Part shown: piece by piece, positions 62,084 through 64,000 of the stretch
Layout of the letters: each line of letters starts with the position of its first letter
How positions within the stretch are numbered: position 1 is the stretch's first letter
Position numbers and translations under genes: made by a program
The notes under the pieces: generated by a model
What the model saw: the letters and a program-made list of their open reading frames with translations, nothing else
Told to the model about the DNA's origin: nothing
Database searches by the model: none
NCBI GenBank assembly: GCA_965240325.2
Contig: OZ251243.1
Coordinates: forward strand, 372,001 to 436,000
Length of the DNA stretch: 64,000 bases
Reading direction: 5' to 3'
Origin: Rebecca billardiae RCC1528
Taxonomy: Eukaryota > Protista > Haptophyta

Positions 62084-63503
62084 TTATTTTTAGATTCCTG
62101 TCTGACTCTGAGTGGCATCACTCTCTCAGTCCCGGATTCCGGCGGCGTCGACCGGTCACCGGACCGAGCCGCGATCATCCGCGCCCGTCATCGGCCCCGC
62201 GGCCCGTCTGACTGACTGCCATTCACTGCTGATCATTCTGAACTCTCCGGGGCGTGCCTCCGGCCGGAGTGCCGTTCGGCGGCCACTCAACGGGAGAGGC
62301 TAAATAACTATACTCATTAGTAGTATTACTTAACAGCGGCCGGCCTACTGAGTCATCGTCACTTGTCGGTACTATTGACAGTGAAATATTGAGCAGTAGT
62401 ATTATCGTCATCAATAAGCTATAATAATGAGTGACGACGCTGCTGACAGATGATTACTATTAAACGGCCTTTAATTTAGTTCATTAGATGATATATTAAT
62501 TATGACGACTCGTGATAGTAAATACTGATAATGCTGCCAGCGCACCGCGCAGCCGAGTACTCTCTTCCGGCTCACCGGGCCGCCTGTGGCTGCATACTAG
62601 TCACCGCGGCGCCCTACTGTGAACTCGTACTGACAGCGAGCTCACTGCCGTGTAACTGCGCCGCGTCCGACGAGCCCGCCGGCCAGTGCCACTCGCGCGC
62701 CGCGGTCCGTCTAACTGACGTACCGGGTGCCCGGATTAGTCCGGCTGGCGTCTGCTGATTGAGCTGCTCGTCCGGTATCATCCGGTCCGCCTTGCTCTCA
62801 TGATCGGACTTCCTGATGGTCATACACAGGGCAGCAGACGCCCGACCGGGAGGCAGGCACGAAACTAGTGTCAGTGCCGTCGGCAGCCACACCGTCAGTC
62901 TGTGAGTCAGGGCGGCGCCATCCTGATCCTGTTCGGAGACCGGAGAGTCCGGCACCAAGTCCAATGGCGTGTGGCACAACCACTTCACAGAGCGTATGTA
63001 TACCGTATTTAGAATGGGTGCGCGACGACTCGATGGAGGAGGCGAGTATGTTGTTGCGGACGACCGCGGAGGCGTCGCGTGGGCGAGGCAGCCACGCGCA
63101 CTGCTTGGCCCACCGGCTGTTCGGCCTTGTGGCGCTGCTCACGAGTTTCGTTCTTGTCGGTTGGGTACCTCGTTGGGGGGCAAGCAATTCCATCAAAAGC
63201 GTTCAGGGCTGCCCATTGGTGTGCTGCGCTAATCAGAACGACTATCGAACCTCTTTTTCATCAACAAATAGTCAGTATGAACGGCACGCGACGTGCATGC
63301 CCAACCCAAGGTACGGCACGATTCTACATTCTCATACCTGTAATCTGTGCATTCGTCAATAAGGACTCGGCGCATGAAATTACGCACGGTGGCAGTGGCG
63401 GCAGCCGCTCGTCAAGTCGAAAGCGCCGGCACACACACGTCGGCCGCAGGTCGCCCCCCACGCAGGCGCGCGCGGAGCACGCGCCACCACCGCCAAGCCG
63501 CGC

Positions 63504-64000
63504 ATGCCGGCGCCCGTCCGCTCCACCGCGCACTCGGCGCTCGAAGGCTCCGTCTTCGACGCCGTCGCCGAGACCGTGCGCACCAACCTCGACCCGGAGG
63601 TGCACCCCGAGCTGCACGCGCGCGTCGAGGCGAGCCGGCGCTCCTCGCCCGACGCGCGGCGCGCGGACGTGCAGGAGGCGCTGGAGGCGCTCGAGGCGGA
63701 CACGTCGGGCGGCGTGGTGGGTCTGCACCTCGTCCTGCTGCTCCTCGAGCCGGCCGGGCCGGGCGGACCCGGCGTCAGCCTCAGCTCCGCGCAGGCGACC
63801 ACGTTTGCGCGCGCCATCGTCCGACGCCTCCAGTCCGTCGAGGAGCGGTGCAAGGGCGAGGAGCTCACGGCGCACCGGCTGCCGCTGCTCAGCTACCTGG
63901 TCGAGCTGTACCGCCCGGACCACGACGTCCGCGCCGCGCGCGAGGCCCTCATCGCCGACGCCAACTTCCTCGAGCTCGCGGCGAAGGCGATCGGCGCGGC
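63504..64000 (+). CDS. Hypothetical helical protein, 5' part (runs off window)
   Basis: Open frame MPAPVRSTAHSALEGSVFDAVAETVRTNLDPEVHPEL... with strong GC3 bias and no stop before 64000. Confidence 0.65.
   Translation, partial: MPAPVRSTAHSALEGSVFDAVAETVRTNLDPEVHPELHARVEASRRSSPDARRADVQEALEALEADTSGGVVGLHLVLLLLEPAGPGGPGVSLSSAQATTFARAIVRRLQSVEERCKGEELTAHRLPLLSYLVELYRPDHDVRAAREALIADANFLELAAKAIGA

Noticed and set aside
62800-63400. Short ORFs upstream of the last gene
   Set aside because: No recognisable domain or codon bias.

Overview
Very GC-rich eukaryotic nuclear DNA. Spliceosomal introns with GYGCG donors, signal-plus-transit plastid presequences and TTAGGG-type repeats suggest a haptophyte-like alga, possibly Pavlovales (inference only). 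About 19 protein-coding genes are supported: GMP reductase, an ASCH protein, an FkbM methyltransferase, plastid FtsH, a 3321-aa intronless membrane protein, an MFS transporter, two tandem ARM-BTB paralogs, a thaumatin-like protein, an AMPK/SNF1 beta subunit, ATP23, a SAM-methyltransferase/riboflavin-kinase fusion, CDC48/p97, a DEAH helicase, a 2OG-Fe(II) oxygenase, a 13-residue-repeat mini-protein and several orphans. Non-autonomous mobile elements include two copies of a ~1.6-kb Helitron2/Helentron-like element, a 3.3-kb P-like TIR element with a 7-bp TSD, two MITE families and a pair of TG..CA units inside a (TA)n tract. The most notable observations are: (i) a Tudor-less TDRD9/Spindle-E-like helicase; (ii) the P-like element, which carries an orphan ORF and a ~380-bp foldback; (iii) the giant protein combining a bacterial choice-of-anchor L domain, a P-domain, many TM helices and a PH-like domain; (iv) the MTase-RFK fusion; (v) a telomere-like tract plus duplicated exon start inside an ATP23 intron. 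All family assignments come from motif recognition by eye; no searches were run.
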